A program made the position numbers and the translations under genes. The notes under the pieces are model-generated. The model ran no database searches. It was not told the DNA's origin and saw nothing but the letters and a program-made list of their open reading frames with translations. From assembly GCA_028874075.1 (NCBI GenBank), contig JAPPLU010000073.1, positions 16,973 through 80,972 on the forward strand: a stretch of 64,000 nt of DNA, given 5' to 3'. Below, piece after piece: positions 1 through 9,654 of the stretch. The stretch's first letter is position 1. Every line of letters starts with the position of its first letter. This DNA comes from Chloroflexota bacterium (GTDB lineage Bacteria > Chloroflexota > Dehalococcoidia > Lucifugimonadales > UBA3495).

Positions 1-263
1 AGTTCCCCGTCGGGGTACCCCAGCTTGACGACTTCGCTGACCCCCAGTACTTCGGCGGCGGCTGCCTGCTCCCGGTCCCTGGTGGCGGCCAGTTCCTCGG
101 CGGTGATCCCTGGCTTGTCCGTACCCTTGCTGCCGTCCGTGCAAACAACGTACACCACCTCCGCTCCCTCGCCAATCCACCGGGCCAGGGTGCCGCCACA
201 CCATATTTCCGCGTTGTGAGGATGGGGGGTAACTACCAGTACGCGCTGTGGGGTTTCTTCCAT
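1..263 (-). CDS. PIG-L/LmbE-like deacetylase family protein, N-terminal part (gene runs off the window start)
   Basis: Own minus-strand translation from ATG at 261-263: MEETPQRVLVVTPHPHNAEIWCGGTLARWIGEGAEVVYVVCTDGSKGTDKPGITAEELAATRDREQAAAAEVLGV... The layout matches PIG-L/LmbE (V.PHPDD.....GGT ... CTDG..G ... R..E...A...LG), but the usual HPDD reads HPHN. It is missing from the ORF track because the window edge truncates it. Confidence 0.55.
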   Translation of the reverse strand, partial: MEETPQRVLVVTPHPHNAEIWCGGTLARWIGEGAEVVYVVCTDGSKGTDKPGITAEELAATRDREQAAAAEVLGVSEVVKLGYPDGE

Positions 264-749
264 CTATCGACTCCCTGATTGCGGCTTTGTTCCCGTCAAC
301 CCTTCCCTGCAATTGGTCCGCAACCGGCGTACGGCTCTGCCGCCCCGCCGGATAGCCCTCCAAGTGGCCCAGCACCTTTTCCGGTTCTACTATCCCTACT
401 CCGGGGCCATCAATTCCTTCATTGGTACTTTCGGGGTTTTGAGTATCAGTGTAGCCAGGCCCACACCCATCGCCAGTATCGCAACCATTACGCCTGTGAA
501 ACCTGGAAGGGTGGTGTCGACCGTATATTTCGCTATGTCCCCAACAGGGAGTTGAGGGGAAGGGGCCCCGGCTGACCTAATCATACCTGCCAAGGGTGGC
601 AGGGACAAGCTGACAGGTTCACGGGAAGACGGTCAAATGGATTTATTCCCGGGATGTTCACTGCCGTAACGCCGTAGCGGCTGGCAGAAACGGCCGCGTA
701 TGACCATCCCCGGAGAGAAAGATCCCTGCCGGTCTTCGGCCACCGGCGC

Positions 750-1883
750 CTACCCCAACTGCGGTATTTCACCCGGCATGTACCAAGAACAGCGAAAGAC
801 CCGGTTGTCCTCATAACCGTCGGTTCCCGCGGGGAAGTAAGGATTGATGTATTCCCATACCACCTCACCCTCGGGAGTCACCTGGAACATGCGCCCGAAC
901 ATACCTTCGGTAATCAGCGTATTGCCGTTGGGCATGCGCCGAGCCCCCGAGATGCGCGAGCTGTAGAAGTTAAAATACGGGTTGTCCCGGTATTCCCAGA
1001 CAATTTCCTTGGTGGCGGGGTCGATCTCCACCACGCGCGAAAATATCCTCACGTCGTGCTTCCGCCGCTCTCCATTGTCGAATATGAGAATGTTGCCGTT
1101 GGGGAGCAGGCTGGGATCGTGCTGGCGGGAGATTATGTCCCAACCTATCTTCCAGATGATGTCTCCCGTTGGCTTGTCAATCATCAGCACCGTTGAAATG
1201 TTGCGGAAGCTGGCCAGCACCCGGTCGCCCTCCAGGGGGACAATGGTGTTGCCGTGGCTCCACTCGTGGCGCGGTTCGCCGGGGGTGATCATGTCTTCTT
1301 CCAGGTCCAGGTGCTGGTAGGCGTGCCAGTCCCACACCTGGTTGCCTGCCGCATCCACTTCGATTAGATGATCGGCCCACATATGTGTGGTCGCTTCCTG
1401 GCCGCCCTCGTGGTCCGCCTCCAGCCCGCTTCCCGGCTGGCCACCCTTAACCTGGTCGGCAATATCTGAAGGGATAGTCTCGAGAGTCAGGAAAATTGCC
1501 CCGCCATTCTCGGTTCGGCGGGCATCGTGGTGCTGGGCCGGGTTAACGTGCTCCCATACTATATTGCTGTCCCAGTCCACTTCCAAAAGCCAGCCTCCCA
1601 CAAAGTTGGTGGCGGGCATAGAGTGAGAATCGGGCTGCACGGCCTTGGCCATGTAGAAGAGGTTGCCGCTGGGCAGCAGGTATCCCCAGGAACCCGGCGG
1701 TGTGGGCAGGTGCCACCGGTGTACCTCGTTGCCTTCCATGTCCATCAGAAAAGTTACCCCTTTGCCCGTTCCGTCCCCGTTGTAAGGGGAATAAACGAAA
1801 TAGCCGGGGCAGGCCTTGTCAGGGTCCAGTCCGGTCAGTCCCGTTCGCCCGGTTCGACGCCAGGTCTGTTGGTCAACACTCAT
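750..1883 (-). CDS. arylsulfotransferase (ASST)-like beta-propeller protein
   Basis: 377-aa ORF. Motifs LPNGNILIFDNG and MPNGNTLITEG plus repeated blade-like segments recall the ASST/Arylsulfotran_2 family. The assignment is from motif memory only. Confidence 0.55.
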   Translation of the reverse strand: MSVDQQTWRRTGRTGLTGLDPDKACPGYFVYSPYNGDGTGKGVTFLMDMEGNEVHRWHLPTPPGSWGYLLPSGNLFYMAKAVQPDSHSMPATNFVGGWLLEVDWDSNIVWEHVNPAQHHDARRTENGGAIFLTLETIPSDIADQVKGGQPGSGLEADHEGGQEATTHMWADHLIEVDAAGNQVWDWHAYQHLDLEEDMITPGEPRHEWSHGNTIVPLEGDRVLASFRNISTVLMIDKPTGDIIWKIGWDIISRQHDPSLLPNGNILIFDNGERRKHDVRIFSRVVEIDPATKEIVWEYRDNPYFNFYSSRISGARRMPNGNTLITEGMFGRMFQVTPEGEVVWEYINPYFPAGTDGYEDNRVFRCSWYMPGEIPQLG

Positions 1884-2046
1884 CGCGGCCTCCTGTGGTT
1901 AACTGAATGGGTCCGGCGGTGCGGCCATTATGGGCGAGCCTGCCGGTGGGGTAAACGATTTCCATCTTCCGCCACGGTAAGGCGGGGGGAGGGGGTGCAT
2001 TTGGAGCTACCGGTGGCGGGCCCGTGTCACTTCCGGTCGAAGGTGG

Positions 2047-2742
2047 TCAATCGTGGTCGTGTTCGTCGAGTTCCGGGACGTGCAGGTCCGACTGGCCCAT
2101 CAGCGATCCGGCCAGCAGGCCACCCGAGATGATTATCCTCATGGCGTCGTCCACGCTGATCTGCGTAAAGGTTACTTCGGCGTAGGGCACAACAATCAGG
2201 AACCCGGAGGATGGTACGGGCGTAGTCGGCACGTACACCGCCACCATGTCTTCGCCGTCGGTCTCTCCCAGGTACGAAGTAACCAGGCCGATGGACTTGG
2301 ACCCCTGGCGGGGAAACTCCACCAGTACCACCCCGCGGTAAGGATGTTCTTCAGACCGGGACAGGGTCTGCATGGCCGTGCGCAGCGGGCTGTAGATGCT
2401 GCCGACGCCTGGGACGCGCTCCAGCAGCCAGTGCACACCGTTGATCATCCTTTGGCCCAGACCGTGAGTGGTGAACCATCCGGCGACGTAGAGCAGCACC
2501 AGCATTATGGCCACACCCATGCCGGGGTAGTGAGGACCTGGGAGGTACCTGATCAGTATGGCCTGGATAACCGGATCTACCAGGTCGAAGATGAACTTGA
2601 GAATCCAGATGGTTATGAAGAGAGGCAGGATGACCAGCAGACCTGCCGCCAGAGTGGTCTCGACGTGGACTATTATGTTCCCGGGGAATGAACGCCGCTG
2701 TCGATTGGGTTTGGCCATGACGGTATAACTTTCCTCTTGCAC
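2047..2742 (-). CDS. DUF502 domain-containing membrane protein
   Basis: 231-aa ORF with two N-terminal TM helices (LAAGLLVILPLFITIWIL, MGVAIMLVLLYVAGWF). These are followed by VVLVEFPRQGSKSIGLVTS...VYVPTTPVPSSGFLIVVP...VDDAMRIIISGG, the conserved DUF502 core. Confidence 0.8.
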   Translation of the reverse strand: MQEESYTVMAKPNRQRRSFPGNIIVHVETTLAAGLLVILPLFITIWILKFIFDLVDPVIQAILIRYLPGPHYPGMGVAIMLVLLYVAGWFTTHGLGQRMINGVHWLLERVPGVGSIYSPLRTAMQTLSRSEEHPYRGVVLVEFPRQGSKSIGLVTSYLGETDGEDMVAVYVPTTPVPSSGFLIVVPYAEVTFTQISVDDAMRIIISGGLLAGSLMGQSDLHVPELDEHDHD

Positions 2743-2932
2743 CAGGGGCGGGGCCGAAAGTGGGAGGGCCCGCCACCCGGGTTTACAGAACGCATCGACC
2801 GGAACTGTTGGCGAAGGAAACGCGCCGCCAAAGTGGGGTGTTGTCTCAATTGGGACGACCCCACGGGAAACAGACGAAATCGGCGCGGAAATTGGGGAAG
2901 CTAAAGCGCCAGGACTTGTTTAAGAGATTTAT

Positions 2933-4207
2933 TCAGGTCGCGTTGGCCATGGCCCTTTCGTCGGCCAGGACGTCGTAGATTCCAGCGATCTGTTCGGCCA
3001 CCTTGTCCCAGCTCATGTCCTCGGCACGCCGACGGGCGGCCAAACCCATACTGTGCTGAAGGCTCTTGCTTGATATTAGCATTTCTACCGAGTTGGCGAA
3101 AGCTTCCGGACAGCGCCAGGCCTTAAGGTAGCCCGTGCTCCCGTGCTGAACCACAGTGGAAAGTCCGCCCACCCTGGAAGCCACCACCGGAGTGCCGCAG
3201 GCCATGGACTCCAAAGCCGCCAGCCCGAAACTCTCATAAAAGGACGGTACGACGCAAACATCGGCGGCGCTGTAGTAAATGGGCAACTCATCCTGGGCCA
3301 CCCGCCCCACGAAGTCGATGCTGTCACCCACTTCCAGCGTCTCCGCCAGTTCCCTCAAACGGTCCACTTCCCGGTCCTGTCCGTTGTCGTCGCCCACCAC
3401 CAGTACCTTGACGGGTTCACACGTGTCCAAGTGGGCTGTCGTGCGCACCAGCAATTCCACGCCCTTCAGGGACTCGATGCGGCCCACGTACAGGAGCACC
3501 TTGTCGCCATTGAGGCCCAGTTGCTTGCGCGACTCCTCCCGGTCCAGGGGCCGGAACCTGCCCAGGTCCACTCCGCAGGGGGCCAACTGTATCCGGTCTG
3601 CGTCCCCTCCATACAGACGTGCCATGGCGTCCCGTTCGTGGGGACTGAATGCGACAATTCGGTCGGCCGATGCTATCAGCTCCTCCTCCACCTCCTGTCG
3701 CTGCAGGGATTCCCGCTCTCCGGGGCGGGACTGCATCTTGATGCGGGAGAGGGTGTGGAAGGTAATAACGTGGGGTATTTCCATACACCGGCTGAACGCC
3801 TGCCCCAGCCAGCCTGACAGCCAGTAGTGGGAGTGGACAGCCCGGTAGGTCAGCCCGTGGGCTAGGGTGAAGGCCTGCATTTCCGCCAGAAACCCGGGCA
3901 GCAGGCCGAAGAACTCGTCCATTGGGGCGTCCGGGTCGCCAGCCGGCAGGTGGATGACCCGGGCGTTGCCGGAGATGTTCTCAATCATGTCCTCCGGCGT
4001 TGCGCCGGGGCGGTACTCCCGGGTAAAGACGTCCACCGGTACGCCGACGTTGCCCAGGGACCGGGCCAGTTGACGGACATAAACATTCATTCCCCCCGCC
4101 TTGCCCTCGCCCGGCGCCGCCAGGGGACTGGCATGGAAGGATACAAAGGCTACTCTTGCTTCGTTCAACAGTGGTCCACCCTTTAGGGGAAACTCCGAAT
4201 AGTTCAT
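2933..4207 (-). CDS. GT4-family glycosyltransferase, MshA-like (D-inositol-3-phosphate glycosyltransferase-like)
   Basis: Track ORF is 2933..4267. I moved the start to ATG 4207 because the upstream codons read through a REP-like hairpin (SGFRRNDGF). APGEGKAGGMNVYVRQLARSLGNVGVPVDVFTR is the MshA-type N-terminal motif, and YESFGLAALESMACGTPVV is the GT4 E-x7-E donor motif. Confidence 0.75.
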   Translation of the reverse strand: MNYSEFPLKGGPLLNEARVAFVSFHASPLAAPGEGKAGGMNVYVRQLARSLGNVGVPVDVFTREYRPGATPEDMIENISGNARVIHLPAGDPDAPMDEFFGLLPGFLAEMQAFTLAHGLTYRAVHSHYWLSGWLGQAFSRCMEIPHVITFHTLSRIKMQSRPGERESLQRQEVEEELIASADRIVAFSPHERDAMARLYGGDADRIQLAPCGVDLGRFRPLDREESRKQLGLNGDKVLLYVGRIESLKGVELLVRTTAHLDTCEPVKVLVVGDDNGQDREVDRLRELAETLEVGDSIDFVGRVAQDELPIYYSAADVCVVPSFYESFGLAALESMACGTPVVASRVGGLSTVVQHGSTGYLKAWRCPEAFANSVEMLISSKSLQHSMGLAARRRAEDMSWDKVAEQIAGIYDVLADERAMANAT

Positions 4208-4224
4208 CACCTGCGTCCTGAAAC

Positions 4225-4299
4225 CGTCATTCCGGCGAAAGCCGGAATCCATGTTCCACTCCTCCATATCCCGGATCGGGTTCGGAATGACGTCATTCG
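4225..4299. repeat. REP-like composite palindrome (CGTCATTCCGGCGAAAGCCGGAAT hairpin plus GAATGACGTCATTC palindrome)
   Basis: Stem ATTCCGGC (4229-4236), loop GAAA, stem GCCGGAAT (4241-4248). GGAATGACG at 4284-4292 is the reverse complement of CGTCATTCC at 4225-4233. There is a perfect 14-nt palindrome at 4285-4298. The element lies between the GNAT and GT4 genes. Confidence 0.7.
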
Positions 4300-4303
4300 A
4301 GAG

Positions 4304-5296
4304 CTACTCAGGTTTGGTTACCACCATGTGGTAAATGGTCCGGTTAAGGCCGCCCAGGTGGTATTTATAAGGTTCCGGGCCCCTCAGGAAGTCAAAGTAG
4401 GTCTTGCCCTGCTCGATGGCTTCCCGCAGGCAAAGGGCGTTGAGCAGCAGGCCGACGCTGTAGTAAGCGTATTCGGGGTTATAGCCGCTGTTGTACAGGT
4501 AGCGGGCTCCGTTGTAGTCAAAGCACAGGGACGACGCCACGTCTTGTCCGCCCATTTCCAGGAAGTACAGCCGCAACAGGTCCAGTTCCGCCGTCCGCTG
4601 GGTAATGCGGCGGAAGAAGGCCTCCCGCTCGCCGGTCATGTAAGCCGCCTTGTCCGGCGCGCTCTGGCGCATCAGGTACAGGAAGTCATCCAGTCGGGCC
4701 GATACCTCTTGCGATCCCCGGACGCAGTACCACCGCCAGCCCTCCGTCGATTCCAACCGTCGCAGCTTGCGCCGCAGTTCGTGGCGGTTCTTCTTTGACA
4801 GTCCGGCCAGGTAGGCGTCCCAGTTGTCGGGCAGTTCCAGGCCCGGGGTTACGTCTTCCTCCGAGACTTCCACCGAGTAACCCCGCTGGCGGGCCAGGTC
4901 GGGCAGATACTCGAGGGTTGGGGAGTCCTCAATCAGGGAGGGCAGTTTCAGGGCTTTGAAATCTTCCTGGTCCAGCCAGTTCATCAGGGCGGCAAAGAAG
5001 TCATCCTCCCAGCCGGGCCGGATCATGAAGTCGTTATAGTCAAATGTCTCCGTGTTGCCCACGAAGGAAAGGTCCTCGCCCTGCCGGGCCAGGGAGGCAA
5101 TGGCAGTAACTCCTTCAGGCCTCTGCAGGTAGAAACCGGCCATCTCCCGCCGTTCCCTGAATGCCTCCCACCAGATCTCCTGCCACTGGGGCATCAGGTA
5201 AAAAGTGTTGACGGGACACTCCTCCAGCAGGTCAAGCCATTCGCCGCGAATTTGATCGAAGGAGTTAAGGGGGGTCGTCGCAACGCCCTGGGTCAT
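4304..5296 (-). CDS. GNAT-family N-acetyltransferase (BioF2-like/CelD-like, Acetyltransf_6 type)
   Basis: 330-aa ORF. The C-terminal YFDFLRGPEPYKYHLGG block and the overall size fit this GNAT subfamily. Its start lies 1 nt from the folE stop. Confidence 0.7.
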   Translation of the reverse strand: MTQGVATTPLNSFDQIRGEWLDLLEECPVNTFYLMPQWQEIWWEAFRERREMAGFYLQRPEGVTAIASLARQGEDLSFVGNTETFDYNDFMIRPGWEDDFFAALMNWLDQEDFKALKLPSLIEDSPTLEYLPDLARQRGYSVEVSEEDVTPGLELPDNWDAYLAGLSKKNRHELRRKLRRLESTEGWRWYCVRGSQEVSARLDDFLYLMRQSAPDKAAYMTGEREAFFRRITQRTAELDLLRLYFLEMGGQDVASSLCFDYNGARYLYNSGYNPEYAYYSVGLLLNALCLREAIEQGKTYFDFLRGPEPYKYHLGGLNRTIYHMVVTKPE

Positions 5297-5297
5297 A

Positions 5298-5762
5298 TCA
5301 GGCTTCCCCCCTCATCAGGTTCAGAAGGCTGTCCCGATCCCAGCGTCCATCGGCAAAGTCTCCCCTGACTGCGGTGGTTACCATGCGAATGCCGGGCTTC
5401 TGCACTCCCCTCATGGCCATGCACAGGTGTTCCGCCGACAGTTCCACCACCACACCCTGGGGTTCCAGGGCCGAAAAGATGGCGTCGGCCACCTGCCCCG
5501 TGAGCCGTTCCTGTACCTGTGGGCGCCGGCAAGCCAGGTCCAGGGCGCGGGACAGCTTACTGATGCCGGCAATTCTGCCGTTGGGGACATAGGCCAGGCT
5601 GGCTGAGCCAAAGAAGGGGAGCAGATGGTGCTCGCACATGGAGTAGAAGGGGACGTTGCGCAGGATCACCGGGTCAGCGCTTTCCTCGTCAAAAACGGCG
5701 TCGATGGCTTCCTGGGGGTCGACGCCCACTCCGGAAAAGAGCTCCTGGTACATGCGGGCCAC
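5298..5762 (-). CDS. folE: GTP cyclohydrolase I FolE (the real start is probably upstream, near 5861)
   Basis: FYSMCEHHLLPFFG, ISKLSRALDLACRRPQVQERLT and ELSAEHLCMAMRGVQKPG are FolE type-1 core motifs. The track ORF starts at GTG 5762, but FolE homology (LLIAIGEDPQRQGLRETPQRV) continues upstream without a canonical start codon (see finding). Confidence 0.9.
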   Translation of the reverse strand: MARMYQELFSGVGVDPQEAIDAVFDEESADPVILRNVPFYSMCEHHLLPFFGSASLAYVPNGRIAGISKLSRALDLACRRPQVQERLTGQVADAIFSALEPQGVVVELSAEHLCMAMRGVQKPGIRMVTTAVRGDFADGRWDRDSLLNLMRGEA

Positions 5763-5889
5763 CCGCTGAGGCGTTTCCCGCAGGCCCTGCCTCTGGGGAT
5801 CTTCTCCTATGGCGATGAGAAGATCCGCTGCGATATGTTCGATACTGGACTGAATGGTAATACCCGCCCTCTGGGAGAATCTTGGCGCC

Positions 5890-6951
5890 CTACCCCGCGG
5901 GGGCCAGGGCTGCCGCCTCCACCGCTTCCATGGTCGGTTCTACCTCTATGGTCTGGGCCGTGACGCTGCTGACCGCCAGGTCAGGGTCCTTTAGGCCCGA
6001 GCCGGTTATGATACATACTACACGCTGGTCGGCCAGATTCAACCCCTGGTTCACCTGCTTGATCAGGCCCGCCACCGACGCCGCCGATGCCGGCTCGCCG
6101 AACAGCCCTTCCCGAGACGCCAGCAGCCGGTAGGCCTCCAGGATTTCGTCGTCGCTCACCATGTCAATGGTGCCTCCCGACTCGTCTCGGGCGTTCAGTG
6201 CCTGCTGCCAACTGGCCGGGTTGCCGATGCGGATGGCCGATGCGATGGTCTGGGGGTTGTTGATGGGGTGGCCGTGAACGATGGGTGCGGCGCCGGCCGC
6301 CTGGAAACCCATCATCTTGGGCAGGGTGCGGGTGCGTTCCAGCTTGTTGTATTCGACGAAGCCCTTCCAGTATGCGGTAATGTTGCCGGCGTTGCCCACC
6401 GGAATGAACAGGTAATCGGGGGCGTCGCCCAGGACGTCGGCTACTTCGAACGCGGCGGTTTTTTGACCTTCAATGCGGTGGGGGTTTACGGAGTTGACCA
6501 GGGTTATGGGGTGGTTGCGGGTGAACTCGCGGACAAGACTTAGGGCGGCATCGAAGTTGCCGTCTACCATTATTATCCTGGCCCCGTAGGCCATAGCCTG
6601 GGCGAGTTTGCCCAGCGCCACCTCCCCCTTGGGAATCAATACAAAGGCCTTCAGGCCGAGGTATGCGCTGTAGGCCGCCGCCGAGGCGCTGGTGTTGCCG
6701 GTGGAAGCGCACATAATGCCCACCGCGCCCTCCTCTACCGCCTTGGCGATGGCCACCACCATGCCCCGGTCCTTGAAGGAGCCGGTGGGGTTGCACCCCT
6801 CCAGCTTGAAGTAGAGCTCCTTGCACCCCAGTTCCTTCCCCAGCTGGTTGGACTTAACCAGGGGCGTGTCCCCCTCGCCCAGGGAAAAGATAGGCGTTTC
6901 CTCCGTCAGAGGCAGGAACTCTCCATATTTCTTCAGTACGCCGATTCCCAT
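5890..6951 (-). CDS. thrC: threonine synthase
   Basis: 353-aa ORF with the PLP-lysine motif [16 protein letters not shown]. It lies downstream of hom. Confidence 0.92.
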   Translation of the reverse strand: MGIGVLKKYGEFLPLTEETPIFSLGEGDTPLVKSNQLGKELGCKELYFKLEGCNPTGSFKDRGMVVAIAKAVEEGAVGIMCASTGNTSASAAAYSAYLGLKAFVLIPKGEVALGKLAQAMAYGARIIMVDGNFDAALSLVREFTRNHPITLVNSVNPHRIEGQKTAAFEVADVLGDAPDYLFIPVGNAGNITAYWKGFVEYNKLERTRTLPKMMGFQAAGAAPIVHGHPINNPQTIASAIRIGNPASWQQALNARDESGGTIDMVSDDEILEAYRLLASREGLFGEPASAASVAGLIKQVNQGLNLADQRVVCIITGSGLKDPDLAVSSVTAQTIEVEPTMEAVEAAALAPAG

Positions 6952-7103
6952 GCTCTTGCTACTGTGACATCCCTAATGTTCGGTCTTGGCGCTAACGCTG
7001 TACCTGCTATTGTGGATGTGCGACGTATCCTCCGGCCCGCTATTGTAGTTCCCGCGAAGGAGGGAACCTCGAACCGATTTTGTCTTCACCTGCGGAGGCC
7101 CGC

Positions 7104-8411
7104 CTAATCCTCAATTCGAAGCAAGCTGCTGATTTCCTGCACTACTTCCAGATTTGCGGCCAGTTCCAAAGCCTTCTGCACCCACAGTTCCCTGGCAGGG
7201 TGGGTGGTAATGACGATTTCCGCCGTTTGCGCCTCCGGGTCGGCGTCTTTCTGCAGAACCGAAGCGATGCTGATGTTCTGCTCACCCAGGATTCGGGCAA
7301 TCTGGGCTAATACCCCGGGCCGGTCGGCGATGTTCAGCCGCAGGAAATACTGGCACTGCAGGTCGTCAATGGAACGGATACCGTCCGCGTCTTCCGGAGT
7401 AATCGAAGGCAGCGTCGTGGATCCGGCGCCCAGGTTGCGGGCAATCTCGATCAGGTCGCCCACCACGGCGCTGGTGGTGGGGCCGCGACCGGCTCCCCGC
7501 CCGTGGATCAGCACCCTGCCGCACAGGCTGCCCTCCACTTCCACCGCATTATACACCCCATCTACCTTGGCTAACATATTATCCTGGGGAACCAGGGCCG
7601 GATACACTCGGGCCTGGATGCCGCCCTCTTCCATGGTGGCAATGGCCAGGGATTTTATCGCGTAGCCCAGTTCGTGAGCGTAGCGGAAGTCCTGGGGCTG
7701 CAGGCGGGTGATTCCCTCCCGGTGGATGCTCTCCGGTGGGACGCGCCGGTGGAAGGCGAGGCCCGCCAGGATGGACAGCTTGTAGACGGCGTCGTAGCCC
7801 TCTATATCGTTGGTGGGGTCGGCCTCCGCGTAACCGCGCTCCTGGGCCTCGGCCAGTGCCAGGGCAAAGTCGGTGTGGTCGTTGGCCATGCGGGTAAGGA
7901 TATAGTTGGTGGTGCCGTTGATGATACTGCGTACGGACCGGAACCGGTTGGCGGCCAGTTCCTTGACCAGGCAGCCAATTATAGGGATGCCGCCGCCCAC
8001 GCTGGCTTCGTACATCAGGTTTACGTTGTGCTGCTGGGCCAGCGAAAGGAGTTCCGGCCCCCGCTTGGCCATCACCTCCTTGTTAGCGGTAACCACATGC
8101 TTCCCCGCCTTCAGGGCGTCTTGCAGGTACTGCGCTGCGGGACTCTCCCCTCCGATGACCTCCACCACCAGGGAGATATCGGGATCGGCCAGAACATCCT
8201 CGGGGTTGGTGGTGATAAGTCCGGTGGGGAGTTGAACGTCCCGCGGCCTGGAAGCGTCGCGGACCAGGACCTTTTTCAGGTTGACGGGGCGACCCGTCTG
8301 GGCGGAGATGACCTCGGGCTGTTCCAGCAGGGCGGCAGCCACACCGCCGCCAACCACGCCCAGGCCCAGCAGGCCAATATTGACTGGGGTATTATTTGAT
8401 AAATCGCTCAT
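7104..8411 (-). CDS. hom: homoserine dehydrogenase
   Basis: Track ORF is 7104..8501. I moved the start to ATG 8411 (MSDLSNNTPVNIGLLGLGVVGGGV, a GxGxxG NAD fold). There is a C-terminal ACT domain (YFLRLNIADRPGVLAQIARILGEQNISIASV). Confidence 0.9.
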   Translation of the reverse strand: MSDLSNNTPVNIGLLGLGVVGGGVAAALLEQPEVISAQTGRPVNLKKVLVRDASRPRDVQLPTGLITTNPEDVLADPDISLVVEVIGGESPAAQYLQDALKAGKHVVTANKEVMAKRGPELLSLAQQHNVNLMYEASVGGGIPIIGCLVKELAANRFRSVRSIINGTTNYILTRMANDHTDFALALAEAQERGYAEADPTNDIEGYDAVYKLSILAGLAFHRRVPPESIHREGITRLQPQDFRYAHELGYAIKSLAIATMEEGGIQARVYPALVPQDNMLAKVDGVYNAVEVEGSLCGRVLIHGRGAGRGPTTSAVVGDLIEIARNLGAGSTTLPSITPEDADGIRSIDDLQCQYFLRLNIADRPGVLAQIARILGEQNISIASVLQKDADPEAQTAEIVITTHPARELWVQKALELAANLEVVQEISSLLRIED

Positions 8412-8418
8412 AAATCGA

Positions 8419-9654
8419 CTAGGGGAAGCCGGGGCCGCCCACCGGCGGGCCTTGGGGTATCCTTGGGGCCGACAGTTGCACCTGGTCGGCAACCCAGGCA
8501 TATACTTCGCTGTTGAAGTTGATGGTCAGCCATTCTTCGTCGGAGCCGCGGGAAACCTGGTCTTCGAACCATTCTTCCGTTCTTTGCTGCGAAAGCTTGT
8601 TCCGGATGGTCAACTCTCGTCGCAGGTTCGCGCGCTCCTCAGCCGACATGCTGTTGAAGGTTTCCTCGTCAATATCTGCCAGGTGCTGGAAGCCTCGCAG
8701 CGGCCGCACCTCGGGCCCCGAAATCTTGTGGATGATGTACACCCCTTCTTGGGAGAAGTAGGGGTCGCTGATTTCCCCTACTGGCAGGGCTTCCCGGTTG
8801 CGGTCCGGATTGCCGAAAAGGATGTCGTCAAGTTCGGGGAAAGCGCCCTGGGGAACCCAGCCTACGTAGCCCTCGGGGTCGGTGAAGCCGTCGGGAGTGC
8901 TGACCTCCGCGGCAACCACCCCGAAGTCCTCGCGCACCAGGCGGTTACGCACCTCCTGGGGGTCGGCAGGGCCGTCCTGCTCCATTCGCATCCACGCCAC
9001 TTCCACCTGTTCAATTTCCGCGGGAATGCCCGTGTCTATCAGCAGGGAAAGCTGCTGTCGAAGCAGTTCCTCCTCCACCAGGCGGCGGTATTCATCCTCG
9101 GAAAGTTTTGTAGAAGTAAGGAAGGTCGTCAGGGCGTTCTCGTACTCCTGGTCCAGCTGCCCTTCGTCCACCAGCTCGTTGGGGTTTTGGACCGGTCGGA
9201 ATCGGCGGCGCAGTTCCTGGTCAATGTCCTCGTCGGTAACGCTGAATCCCAGGCCCGGGGCGGCCTGCCGGACAATTTCCGCCTGGATCATGTCCTGTAG
9301 GTATTCAAATGGGACGGTGCTCAGGTCAACCCGCCCTCCCTGGTAGCGGTTGATGCCTTGCAGCACCCGGATGCGGTCCACCAGGTCGCCCATGGTAAAG
9401 CGGACGTCCCGCACCTGTCCGGCCAGTTCCCTGGGTGGGCGGAAGAACTCCAGGTAGTAACCCACGCCCACTATGCCCATAACCACCAGGATCAGGGCCA
9501 CTCCTATGCCAATGGCAATTTTCTGCCTGCGCCGGTCCCGTGCTCGGCGCTCCGACTGCCCTTGGGCTTCTTCCGCTGTTTGCCGGCGTCGCCTGCGGCG
9601 GCGGTCGCCAGGCGCCTGGGGTATAGACTCTTCGGGAGACCGGGGAAACACCAT
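8419..9654 (-). CDS. membrane-anchored SurA/PpiD-like peptidyl-prolyl isomerase (parvulin-type)
   Basis: 411-aa ORF with an Arg-rich N-terminus and one TM helix (IAIGIGVALILVVMGIVGVGYY). This is followed by a SurA-N-like helical region and a parvulin-like segment (GWVPQGAFPELDDILFG...VGEISDPYFSQEGVYIIHKI). Confidence 0.6.
   Translation of the reverse strand: MVFPRSPEESIPQAPGDRRRRRRRQTAEEAQGQSERRARDRRRQKIAIGIGVALILVVMGIVGVGYYLEFFRPPRELAGQVRDVRFTMGDLVDRIRVLQGINRYQGGRVDLSTVPFEYLQDMIQAEIVRQAAPGLGFSVTDEDIDQELRRRFRPVQNPNELVDEGQLDQEYENALTTFLTSTKLSEDEYRRLVEEELLRQQLSLLIDTGIPAEIEQVEVAWMRMEQDGPADPQEVRNRLVREDFGVVAAEVSTPDGFTDPEGYVGWVPQGAFPELDDILFGNPDRNREALPVGEISDPYFSQEGVYIIHKISGPEVRPLRGFQHLADIDEETFNSMSAEERANLRRELTIRNKLSQQRTEEWFEDQVSRGSDEEWLTINFNSEVYAWVADQVQLSAPRIPQGPPVGGPGFP

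Noticed and set aside
396-608. 70-aa minus-strand ORF between the ASST-like and PIG-L-like genes. It could be a small membrane protein (VMVAILAMGVGLATLIL).
   Set aside because: It has one plausible TM helix but no RBS that I could identify and no recognisable family. Overlapping ORFs in other frames are equally long, so the support is insufficient.
4208-4267. N-terminal extension of the glycosyltransferase ORF (MEEWNMDSGFRRNDGFRTQV).
   Set aside because: These codons translate a REP-like hairpin (CGTCATTCCGGCGAAAGCCGGAAT). The internal ATG at 4207 gives an N-terminus that aligns with GT4 enzymes.
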